Shown here one piece after another: positions 1 to 9,300 of a stretch of 64,000 nt of DNA. The notes beneath the pieces are model-generated. The model worked only from the letters and a program-made list of their open reading frames with translations, did no database searches and was not told the DNA's origin. The position numbers and the translations under genes are program-made. Source of the DNA: Candidatus Tayloriibacteriota bacterium (GTDB lineage: Bacteria > Patescibacteriota > Minisyncoccia > Phycocordibacterales > CAIRYW01); contig JAQBQZ010000009.1 in the NCBI GenBank assembly GCA_028286725.1, positions 1,408-65,407 of the forward strand. Direction: 5' to 3'. Each line of letters starts with the position of its first letter. The first letter of the stretch is position 1.

Positions 1-145
1 TATCGGGATAGTTGTTCTACTTAATTATCGACGCATCTCGTGCGGGATAACCTTTGTTTCCAAAACTGCTTGTTTAAGACTCGAACCGATTTCGAGCGAA
101 GTTATCAGGCTCGAGACCCTTGACAAACTCGTGCGCACGTGTTGA

Positions 146-216
146 CTGGGGAACTAGGACTCGAACCTAGATACTATGCGCCAAAGGCACATGTCCTACC
201 ATTAGACGATTCCCCA
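146..216 (-). tRNA. tRNA-Gln(TTG)
   Basis: Reverse complement folds as a cloverleaf: TGGGGAA/TTCCCCA acceptor, anticodon loop CTTTGGC, GGTTCGAGTCC T-arm; CCA not encoded. Confidence 0.93.
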
Positions 217-423
217 ACGTCCATAAATACTATTTATAGTAGGCATAGAATACCTTTTTTTGATCAAAAAATCAAAGATTCATTTTAATTTTATTTCCTC
301 ACCAAAGGAATCAAAACACTTTTAGGACCATAGGGATAGCATAAAAAATGAATATAAAAAACAGACACGGAAGGATGAACCTTTCGTGTCTGTGTCCTGA
401 TTTAGTGCAACCAAACAACCCAA

Positions 424-1440
424 TCAACCAATGAGCCGACCCGCAAGTTCCTCCATTCGAGCGGTACCATAGGGGCCCTTTTCTGCAACATTTGGAGCCA
501 GAGCCGCAATGAGCAGCATCATTCCATCCGCAATGATTCGATCATTATATGAACAACGATCGAGGAACGTATTCCCGCAGATCATTTGCCCAATTCGCAG
601 ATTTGCTTGACCACGCTCTACCGAGTCAAATACTTGGTTGTATTCATTGGGACCTCGCCTGACTGGCAAGAGATTGGTGGCGCCGCTCACAAAGGTGGGC
701 AGAATATAGAATGGTTTATCTGTCCTGCCGCTAATCAGTTTCGGAATGCAGGAAGTTTTTGCTTCACCTTGTTTGAGACAGCCTTCACCGCGACCACCTT
801 CAGGATAAAGAACAGTAAACTGTCCTCCCTGTTTTGTCCGCTCCACAAGAGCAGTCATGGCACGCATATTCTGCATGACCATTTCACCTTTGAGTTCGGC
901 GGTAATCTGCTCGATAACACCAGTTCCAGTTTGGTTTTTGACCGAGTAGATCTGGTAGCGGTCAAGCGATGTGCTGAACACCATCGGCGCCAAAAAGACG
1001 TTGACGATGTGGCCAGACATATAAGCCCAGCCCCGTGTTGTATCATCACCAAACGACCTCTTGATGAGCATTTCAAAAACGCCAGTGTCGGCACCCGAGC
1101 GATGGTTTTGGACAACGAGAACATTGGCTCCGGTTTTTGCAACCTCGATCGCTTCGGCCAAATACTCTTGACCAGCAATAGCACTGTCCGAACTGAGCGC
1201 CCGATCAAGAACAATCTGAACAAGTTCGCGAGCATGAGGGATATGGGTCACGAAACCCTGGGTCATCCAATGACTGAGATTTGCAATGCAAATGTCGAGT
1301 GTCAGTTTGGTAAGGTGCATGATCCTCTGAGAATCAGTGGCTTCTAGAAGAAGTCGCAGGCACATCTTGTGCATGCTCTCCATAACATACCTTCTAGTGG
1401 TTTCGTGATTTTGAAGTAGTGGGAATGCAGTGGTGTTCAT
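424..1440 (-). CDS. glycerol-3-phosphate/lysophospholipid acyltransferase (plastid/chlamydial GPAT-like)
   Basis: 338 aa; NVLVVQNHRSGAD (HX4D catalytic motif) and LYPEGGR (PEG motif) of the PlsC/GPAT superfamily. Confidence 0.75.
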   Translation of the reverse strand: MNTTAFPLLQNHETTRRYVMESMHKMCLRLLLEATDSQRIMHLTKLTLDICIANLSHWMTQGFVTHIPHARELVQIVLDRALSSDSAIAGQEYLAEAIEVAKTGANVLVVQNHRSGADTGVFEMLIKRSFGDDTTRGWAYMSGHIVNVFLAPMVFSTSLDRYQIYSVKNQTGTGVIEQITAELKGEMVMQNMRAMTALVERTKQGGQFTVLYPEGGRGEGCLKQGEAKTSCIPKLISGRTDKPFYILPTFVSGATNLLPVRRGPNEYNQVFDSVERGQANLRIGQMICGNTFLDRCSYNDRIIADGMMLLIAALAPNVAEKGPYGTARMEELAGRLIG

Positions 1441-1633
1441 CTTTGAGTTTGGGTACGGTTGAGATTGTGAATTGAGATTTTGTGCACTAATTTTTGAAGA
1501 GCACTTTTGTTATTTAATAACATTTTTTTGACAAAAAGTCAATAATACTATTATATTTTCATGACATGTCGACATCGCGCATAATCACCACATTACCCTA
1601 CCACCCTAAAAATCAGAGTGGTATAATATAAAT

Positions 1634-2224
1634 ATGAAAAAAACATACACAATCATAGGATTATTAATCATTATTATTGGCCTTATTTTTATTTTCAAAA
1701 AAGATGACACGGTAGCCCCTGTTGTCACTGATAGCAATACTCCAGTTTATACAAATCCGACACAGTCATTCTCTGTTTCTGTACCAAAAGATTTTACAAT
1801 TGACGAGAAATATTCATACAATATCTCCCCAACTCGAAGCATAAGCGGTACAAAGTATACAATTCCCGCAAGTCTTGCTAAGGGTACAAATTTGAGCACT
1901 GATTCATATGTTTCAGTCGAATCAATTCCTGATGCGGATTCTTGTACTGCAGAAAGATTTTTTGAATCTGCTCCACAGGCACCTGACACAGTCACAGAGA
2001 ACGGTGTGACATATTCTGTAAACTCTACACAAGACGCAGGCGCTGGTAATAGATATGAGGAAACAGTATATGCAATTAAAGATTCTAAGCCTTGTATCGC
2101 AGTCAGATATTTTATCCACTATGGAGCTATCCAGAACTATCCTGAAGGAGCAGTCAAAGAGTTCGATCGATCAGCACTCCTCCAACAGTTTGATGCAATC
2201 AGAAAGAGTTTGAAAATCAAATAA
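1634..2224 (+). CDS. membrane-anchored exported hypothetical protein
   Basis: 196 aa, N-terminal hydrophobic helix after MKK; own TATAAT upstream and hairpin terminator at 2239-2262. Confidence 0.75.
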   Translation: MKKTYTIIGLLIIIIGLIFIFKKDDTVAPVVTDSNTPVYTNPTQSFSVSVPKDFTIDEKYSYNISPTRSISGTKYTIPASLAKGTNLSTDSYVSVESIPDADSCTAERFFESAPQAPDTVTENGVTYSVNSTQDAGAGNRYEETVYAIKDSKPCIAVRYFIHYGAIQNYPEGAVKEFDRSALLQQFDAIRKSLKIK

Positions 2225-2308
2225 TCTCTTATCAAAACTCAGCCGCAATGCGGCTGGGTTTTTTGTTTATCACTTTCTCCTCAATTCATTTTATGCTAAA
2301 GTGCTCAA

Positions 2309-3019
2309 ATGAAATTAATACAAATAAATATTGAAGGAGATAAACATTTTGATCTTGTTTATGACTTTATCTCTCGAGAGAATCCTGATGTTATTACTAT
2401 GCAAGAGATTTTTGAGAATGAGTTTGAAAAATTCAAGTCAAAATATTCTATATATGGAGTATATGCCCCACTCTATATCATTAATGGCCGTACCATAGGT
2501 ACCGCAATATTCTGCAAAACAGAGATTGTTGCACATAATATTGAATCTTATTTAAAATCAGTGCAAGAGGTAACTAATGCCAATAGTTTTTCTTTCCCTA
2601 TGAGCGATGCACATTGTTCCCTTTTGTCGGCAGAAATAGTACATAATGATCAAATTTTTAACTTTATGACAACTCACTTCCCTGTTAATTACCCAGGAAG
2701 TAAAGTATCAGATTTTCAAAGAGAGTGTTTCAAAAAGATGGACGCAATACTTAAGAACAAAAAAGATTTTATCCTTTCAGGAGATACTAATTGCCCTCGA
2801 GGAACAGAACTCTTTGATTCTCTTGCAAAAGATTATAAAGATAATATACCAAAGGACGCTGTAACAACGATCGACGAAAAGATACATCGTGCAGGATTTA
2901 TGCCCTATGTTATTGACTGCCTCTTTACAACTTCTGAATACAAAGTGACAAATGTAAAATTAGTAAGTGGGGTAAGTGACCATTTGGGGATTGTTGCAGA
3001 AATTGAAAAAGTAATATGA
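2309..3019 (+). CDS. endonuclease/exonuclease/phosphatase (EEP) family protein
   Basis: NIEG, PDVITMQE, TTH, SGDTN, IDCLF, SDH motifs. Confidence 0.88.
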   Translation: MKLIQINIEGDKHFDLVYDFISRENPDVITMQEIFENEFEKFKSKYSIYGVYAPLYIINGRTIGTAIFCKTEIVAHNIESYLKSVQEVTNANSFSFPMSDAHCSLLSAEIVHNDQIFNFMTTHFPVNYPGSKVSDFQRECFKKMDAILKNKKDFILSGDTNCPRGTELFDSLAKDYKDNIPKDAVTTIDEKIHRAGFMPYVIDCLFTTSEYKVTNVKLVSGVSDHLGIVAEIEKVI

Positions 3020-3145
3020 TATAATTTATATATTATAAGTTTTAAATTCACCCGAGAAAATTTTGATTGATGAAAAACTTTGTTTTTCTGCATTAGACTT
3101 TGTCTAATGCGTCAATCAAAACTTTAGCGGGTAAAAAATAAATAT

Positions 3146-3217
3146 ATGGGAAAAGGAGATAATTCACAGAAGAAAGATAAGAAGAAGCCAAAGAAGCCTA
3201 AAGCTGAGAAGAAATAA
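3146..3217 (+). CDS. 23-aa lysine-rich small protein MGKGDNSQKKDKKKPKKPKAEKK
   Basis: Not in ORF track; ATG after A/T-rich leader, TAATAA stop, directly followed by terminator 3221-3263. Confidence 0.5.
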   Translation: MGKGDNSQKKDKKKPKKPKAEKK

Positions 3218-3220
3218 TAA

Positions 3221-3263
3221 AAAGAAAATGCACCGCAGCTACGCTGCGGTGCATTTTCTTTTT
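3221..3263. terminator. bidirectional intrinsic terminator
   Basis: aaagaaaatgcaccgcagc-tac-gctgcggtgcattttcttt perfect hairpin between convergent genes. Confidence 0.8.
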
Positions 3264-3278
3264 ATCCTCATTTACTTT

Positions 3279-4322
3279 CTACTCCCCACTTACAACTTGT
3301 ATGAGAGTAGCTTCTAATACTATTTCAGGTAATGAAGAGTAGCTCACCTTGTCATACACATCAAGGAGCTTCAGAAGCGCCTCAGAATTGATATTTGTAT
3401 CCTTCCCTTTTTTATCACTATGAGATTTGATAAATTCATATGTCTCTTTGGTCAAAGTCGCCTTTTGCGTATCATCAAATTCTTTTGAAATACGAACGAG
3501 CATTATGGCACGAATCTTTTCAAGCACCATCTTGAGAAATGCTTTAATATCGAGATTATCCTTTCTTATATTTGAGATGACATCAAGAGCTTTTGAAATA
3601 TCTTTGACGTTTATTGCTTGAATAAGATCGTTCACAAGCCCAGATTTTGGAACCCCTGAAATATCTTCAACACTTTGAAGTGATATTGTTTTACTTGTAA
3701 TACCAGAGATTACTTTTTGGAGCGCTCCATGCGCATCACGAAACGATCCGTCAGCAGTGAGTGCCAGGACGTCAGCAGCCTCATCTTCAATATCGTATCC
3801 TTCCTTTTTTGCTGTCCGAGAGATCACCTCTTTGAGGACACTTTGATCTGGTTTTCGGAATCGGTAGAGTTCTGATCGAGAAATGATAGTATCCGGAATC
3901 TTCTCCATTTCTGTAGTAGCGAGTATGAATATAATGTGCGCTGGCGGCTCTTCCAGAGTCTTTAGAAGCGCATTCCACGCATCTCTAGAGAGCATGTGTG
4001 CCTCATCTAAAATATATATTTTATATTTTGAATCAAATGGCATAGTGTTGACCGCCTCTTTGATCGCACGAATGTCATCAATACCTCTGTTTGACGCGGC
4101 ATCTATTTCATAGAGATCATTCCCGGTCACCCCAAGCGCATCTGCAAAGATTCTTGCGATACTAGTCTTTCCTGTTCCACGAGTACCTGCAAATATATAC
4201 GCATGAGCAATCTTGCCTGACTTCAAAGAATTTTGAAGTGCTCCTACAACTGCATCCTGTCCGATCACTTCGTCGAATTTGCTTGGACGATATTTACGAT
4301 ATAAAGTTTGATTCTGATTCAT
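3279..4322 (-). CDS. dnaX: DNA polymerase III subunit gamma/tau
   Basis: LYRKYRP, GTRGTGKTS Walker A, EIDAAS, ILDEAHML, LLKTLEEPP. Confidence 0.97.
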   Translation of the reverse strand: MNQNQTLYRKYRPSKFDEVIGQDAVVGALQNSLKSGKIAHAYIFAGTRGTGKTSIARIFADALGVTGNDLYEIDAASNRGIDDIRAIKEAVNTMPFDSKYKIYILDEAHMLSRDAWNALLKTLEEPPAHIIFILATTEMEKIPDTIISRSELYRFRKPDQSVLKEVISRTAKKEGYDIEDEAADVLALTADGSFRDAHGALQKVISGITSKTISLQSVEDISGVPKSGLVNDLIQAINVKDISKALDVISNIRKDNLDIKAFLKMVLEKIRAIMLVRISKEFDDTQKATLTKETYEFIKSHSDKKGKDTNINSEALLKLLDVYDKVSYSSLPEIVLEATLIQVVSGE

Positions 4323-4402
4323 TGCGATATTATAACAGAGATTCAGTATTTATAAAAAATGAGCTCGTACACCGAAGTGTATGAGCTCACACAATTCATT
4401 CA

Positions 4403-4765
4403 TCAATCACTCTCTATAAGTCGGAGTTCACCTTTTTCCATATAGAGGAGTCTTGAGCAGCTTCCAGCATGCTCTGGATCAAGAGGAATCGAAAAGGATC
4501 TTCGACGATCAGGAGATTTCACTCCTCTGACCAACTCCTGAATGATTCCTCCAGGAGTTTTAGCCTTAAACTCGACTCCATATGTTCTTGCAGATGCATA
4601 TGTTGTGAGAACCCGCACAGCGCACGCTCGTGAGACCCTTGGATTCGGATCATCATTGTGGATGGATGCGTAGGTTAAAGCCGCAAAACATGAAATAAGA
4701 CAGATGCATACAAGGAGTTCAACGCGTGTGAACCCCCGATTCTTACTACGGGATGAGAATTTCAT
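4403..4765 (-). CDS. type IV pilin/prepilin-like protein
   Basis: Likely start at MKFSSRSKNRGFTRVELLVCICLIS; G|FTxxE class III signal followed by hydrophobic helix. Confidence 0.65.
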   Translation of the reverse strand: MKFSSRSKNRGFTRVELLVCICLISCFAALTYASIHNDDPNPRVSRACAVRVLTTYASARTYGVEFKAKTPGGIIQELVRGVKSPDRRRSFSIPLDPEHAGSCSRLLYMEKGELRLIESD

Positions 4766-4947
4766 AGTCTGGTTGTTGGCTGCTGGGTGGAGTTGAACAT
4801 GAATTGTGAAGGACATGTTCTGGGATAAAATTATGGCACGAGAATGGAAGGATTGCAATAAATTTAAGCAAACGAAAACGACGCACCCCCCGAGGAAGTG
4901 CGCCGTTATTTGATGAGACCCACATAAGGTCACGTGTTTCTTCGCCT

Positions 4948-5067
4948 TTAGAAGGCAGGGGCAGGGGCGTTCGGGCGGCCGGCGTTGGTGGCGGAGAAGA
5001 TGCCAGTGAGTGCGTTGCCAGCCATTTGAGCGGCGCCGATGATGCAGGTGAGGATGCGAGTTTTCAT
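4948..5067 (-). CDS. 39-aa GC-rich ORFan peptide
   Basis: MKTRILTCIIGAAQ...; upstream boxA-like GTTCCTTGATTT and downstream hairpin 4874-4907. Confidence 0.35.
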   Translation of the reverse strand: MKTRILTCIIGAAQMAGNALTGIFSATNAGRPNAPAPAF

Positions 5068-5324
5068 GATGAGGATGCGGATGTTTAACCAGTGTTTGTT
5101 GATGTTGTAGCGCTGCGCACACATGTTACCGAAAAGCCTTCGTGGGACGAAGAAATCAAGGAACAAGCGATTGCATTAAGATAAATAATACTCCCCACGC
5201 ACGAGAACGCAAATAGCTATCCACACCCCATCCATAGTTCACCTTAAGGTGAACTATGGGACATTTAAAGATTTAAAAAACTGCAACAATTTCTAAGGCT
5301 GTAGAAATTGTTGCAGTTTTTTAG

Positions 5325-6305
5325 TTAAGAATTCAAACTTTTAGAATTTAATTTTAAAAATTCATTTATCAAAACCTCCACTTCCCCTGCGTTTTCTGTA
5401 TTCATGAGTGCAGCACAAAGCTCTTTTGAATCAGGGATTTGTTTTAAATAGGATTTGAAATGCTTTTTCATTATATGAAAGCTTTTTGTTCCTCCAAGTT
5501 TTTCGTTGTAGATTTTTGTGTGTTCCAAAAGCGCATTCAATCTTTCTTGTGGTGTCACATCTGCCCTTTCACTAAAAAGAAAAGGGTTACCGAATATTCC
5601 ACGGCCAATCATTACTCCATCTGCACCAGTTTCTTCGACTTTTTTTCTCGCAGCTGCAACATCTTCAACATCCCCATTTCCAAAAATAAGGGTTTCTGAT
5701 TTGAGCTCGTCTCGTATCTCTACGGCTCGCTTTATTCTCTCCCATCGAGCCGGAACTTTACTCATCTCCTTTCTAGTTCTTGCATGGATCGTGATAACTG
5801 CAGGTTCAGCAGACAAAAGTATTGGTAGCCATGCTTCTAATTCATCAGTATTGTATCCGAGACGAGTCTTCACTGACACAGGCATATCACCTGCTCCTCT
5901 TTTGGCAGCTGCGATAACTTCTTTTGCAAGTGATGGATTTTTGATCATCGCCGAGCCACACCCTTGTCGTTCGATCGATTTGTCTGGACAACCCATATTG
6001 ATATCTACTCCATCAAATCCGAGTTCTCGTACAAGCTTACATGCCTTTTCCATATTCTCAGGTTTTGAAGAGAAGAGCTGCGCCACGATCGGTCGTTCGA
6101 TCTCTGAATACAACAAGTCTTTCAGAAGCTTCTGCTTCCCCGCCTCTGGAGCGAGCACAAGCCCGTCTGCGGAGACGAATTCAGTCCACATCACAGATGG
6201 CTTGCCGTATTTTGCGATCACATATCGAAAAGACACATCCGTGACATCAGCCATAGGAGCCAAGACCATGATTGGTTTTTTGAGATTTTTCCAAAAGTTT
6301 TTCAT
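5325..6305 (-). CDS. dus: tRNA-dihydrouridine synthase
   Basis: LAPMADVTD, INMGCP, VSVKTRLG, IHART, GNGD, GVMIGRG. Confidence 0.95.
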   Translation of the reverse strand: MKNFWKNLKKPIMVLAPMADVTDVSFRYVIAKYGKPSVMWTEFVSADGLVLAPEAGKQKLLKDLLYSEIERPIVAQLFSSKPENMEKACKLVRELGFDGVDINMGCPDKSIERQGCGSAMIKNPSLAKEVIAAAKRGAGDMPVSVKTRLGYNTDELEAWLPILLSAEPAVITIHARTRKEMSKVPARWERIKRAVEIRDELKSETLIFGNGDVEDVAAARKKVEETGADGVMIGRGIFGNPFLFSERADVTPQERLNALLEHTKIYNEKLGGTKSFHIMKKHFKSYLKQIPDSKELCAALMNTENAGEVEVLINEFLKLNSKSLNS

Positions 6306-6398
6306 ATTGCCATAATATACATTAAAAGTGGAAATTAAACACGTGAGGATCTTTGAAATACAAAATGCAGTGCAACCTTCGGTTGCGCTACATTTAAA

Positions 6399-9300
6399 TT
6401 ATTTCCCTTTTAGCATTGCATTTATGAACGTCTTTGTCACCGGTCCAAAATATCCTGAAGCAGGTTTGATATGATGATCCTTCTGGAATTTAATGAGAGC
6501 AACTTTGGTAGCAGGTCCAAACTTTGTCGTCTCTTTTCCTGGGGAACCTGCTCCTGTCTTTGCAACAATGTATCCTTGTGCATTAAGGAAGATTTGGAGG
6601 TTTTTGATTTCGGGAGAGGTGTTGCCGAGTATTGCAGTTTTAGTGAAAGTAAATGTAGAAGATAATGGGTTGGTTGCAGGTGTAGATGGTGGAGTAACTG
6701 TTGGAGTAGAGGTTGCTGTAGGAGTTTGAAGAATGAGGATGTTTGGAACAGGTGAACCTCCACCACTTGAGAGAATGTTAGTGAAGTTTGAGTTGTAGGT
6801 ACCTCCACCTGAACTTGGTACGGGAGTTGTGTTTGTTACAGTGACACCTGAGACGGGTTGTAAGTCATTGCCTGCAAGATCTTTTGTATGTGGGTCATTT
6901 GCATTCGCATAATTAAGAGTGATGATATCACTTGATATAACTGATTCATTGAGTGTGAAAGTGATTGTGTTGCCACTTACCACAGGACTCACCGCTTGAG
7001 GATATTCTCCTCCTGTATTTATGCCTATGAGGTAGTTGTAGAGACTTGGACTGTTTGAGAGGATGGGTTCGTTCAAGGTAACTACGAGTTTGTTACCGCT
7101 CACTGTTGCAGAAGAAATTTGGGGAGGGGTGGTGTCTGGTGTGCCACTCGCTGTTGTGGTAAATGTCTGTTCAGTTGATGTTGAGATGCTTCCCGCTGTA
7201 TCAGTTGAGACTGCGACGAAGTAGTATTGTGTGTTTGAAGAAAGTCCTGAGAGATCGATCGAGTGTGAAGTGTTAAATGATGCATCATTCACTTCGGATA
7301 TATATGTACCACTTACTGTCCCGTAGGAGACTTTCGAATTGGAGGATTCGTCAGGGGTGGACCAGGAGATATTTGCGGTTGTTGTAGTGGTTGATGATGC
7401 GATGGAGGAGATTTGGGGAGAGGTGGTGTCGATAGTCACCGTAAGTGCAGGCGATGCCCCACTTTCATTACCTACAGAATCTACCTCCTTGTATGTGACA
7501 GTATGTACTCCATCACTTAAAGTCGTGCTTGTAATTGTAAAATTACCTGCATTACATCCAATATAATTATTTAATGTTTCATCTACATACAGATTGACCT
7601 GAATATCAGTACATGTTCCAGTAAATGTCGGCGTTGTGTCGCTCGTTATATTATCGGTTGATGAAATGCCGGTATCACTTGAAGAGTCCAAGTTTGGTGC
7701 AGAAGAGGGGGTGGAGGGTGCGACACCGTCTATCACCAAATCTTTATTATAACTAAGAGACCCTTCGTCACCTGGGGCAGGAAGTGTAAGTGTTACATCA
7801 TTACCAGCCTCATCTTTTATATTACCGGAAAGTGACTCTGTTGTATCGTAATCAAAATCCGATGAACTATATCCTGGTTGTACAATATATAGATATGACA
7901 AAATGTTAGTTATAGATCCAGAACTAGCATACACATTTTGAGCGCCATCAAACCTCAATACAGAATCACCAGTCAGAATTACATTCCCGTTGAATTGAAC
8001 CTGAATATTAATCGCATCTCCAGTTTTGTAGGTTCCATCTGGAGTGTTTGATGTGACATTTGTCACAAACAAAGGCGTTGTTTGAATTGTTAGAGTCATC
8101 GAATCAGAAAGTGCACTTGAGTTCCCGGCAAGATCTGATTGTTGTGCAGTCAAATAATGAGCACCTTCTGCAAAAGAAAGATTAAACACAGCAGACGATC
8201 CATCACAAGTGGAAGTATCTAGTCCCGTACCACTGTCATACATGGAAACTGTATCACCCGCTTCATCACAAGACACCGTAAGTGTTGGATTCGTATTTGA
8301 AGTTATGTTATCAGTATTTGAAACACCAGTGTCTGAGCCAGGAGCGAGGTCTGGAATACTGGGAGTGTTTGGGGATGTGGTATCAACCGTCACAGAAAGG
8401 GCTGGAGAAAAACCAGAAGATTTGCCAGCAACAGTTGATGCCTTGTATTTAAATAAATTTACACCATCAGCTGTTGCATCACTTATTATTGAAAAAAGGC
8501 TGCCGGCACAAGTCTGGGGACTCCCAGTTACAACACCATCATTATACAAAGTAATAATATCACCGTCAGTACAAGGTCCTTCGAATGTCAGTGAACCAAA
8601 ATTGGTTATGTTATCAGTATCTGATAACCCAGTATCACTGCCGACATAAAGATCTGGTGCGGTGTCCGGAGTGTCAGGTGTATGCGCATCTATTGTTAAA
8701 TTCAAAGCTTCGCTTTCGACAGAGTCTCCATTAGCATTCGATTGTATTGCAGTAAGTGAATAATTACCATCAGATACTAGTAAAGGATGAAAAGTTGCAA
8801 TACTATCAACGCAAGTTTGGGTCACCAAAAGCGAACCATCAGCATAAAGTGTGACAGAATCATCGGACACACAACTTACCGTAACTGTCGGAGTGCTACT
8901 ACTTGTAATATTATCTCCCAAAATACCTGTATCACTTTCGTCCGTAAGGGTTGGAGTACCTGGAGTTGTTGGAAGATATAAACAAGATCCATCATCGTCT
9001 GTTGCAGAAGGGTCGTAATTTATTGCGTATAGATCTGTACATCCTGGATGAGTAGTTGTATTACTAACAGTCACCGATAGCGCATTTTCACCCAAATTGC
9101 CTGCATCATCTCGTGCAACGGCTTTGAGATAATATACACCGTCTGCATAATCCCCACTACTCCAAGATATTGTGTATGGTGAAGAAGTTATTTCGCTTCC
9201 AAGGTTTGAATAACTGTTACCACCATCAACACTGATCATAAACTGCAGACCAGCAACTGTAGCGGAATCATCAGATGCATCAGCAGCAATATCTACAGAT

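Noticed and set aside
4766-5122. N-terminal extension of the 239-aa ORF 4403-5122
   Set aside because: It crosses a terminator-like hairpin and another small ORF; the prepilin signal points to a start at 4765
5275-5322. Long perfect intergenic palindromes (also 10467-10501, 17935-17970, 31286-31321, 50783-50823, 51406-51445) as a repeat family
   Set aside because: The stems differ in sequence and sit at gene ends with A/T tails, consistent with ordinary bidirectional intrinsic terminators
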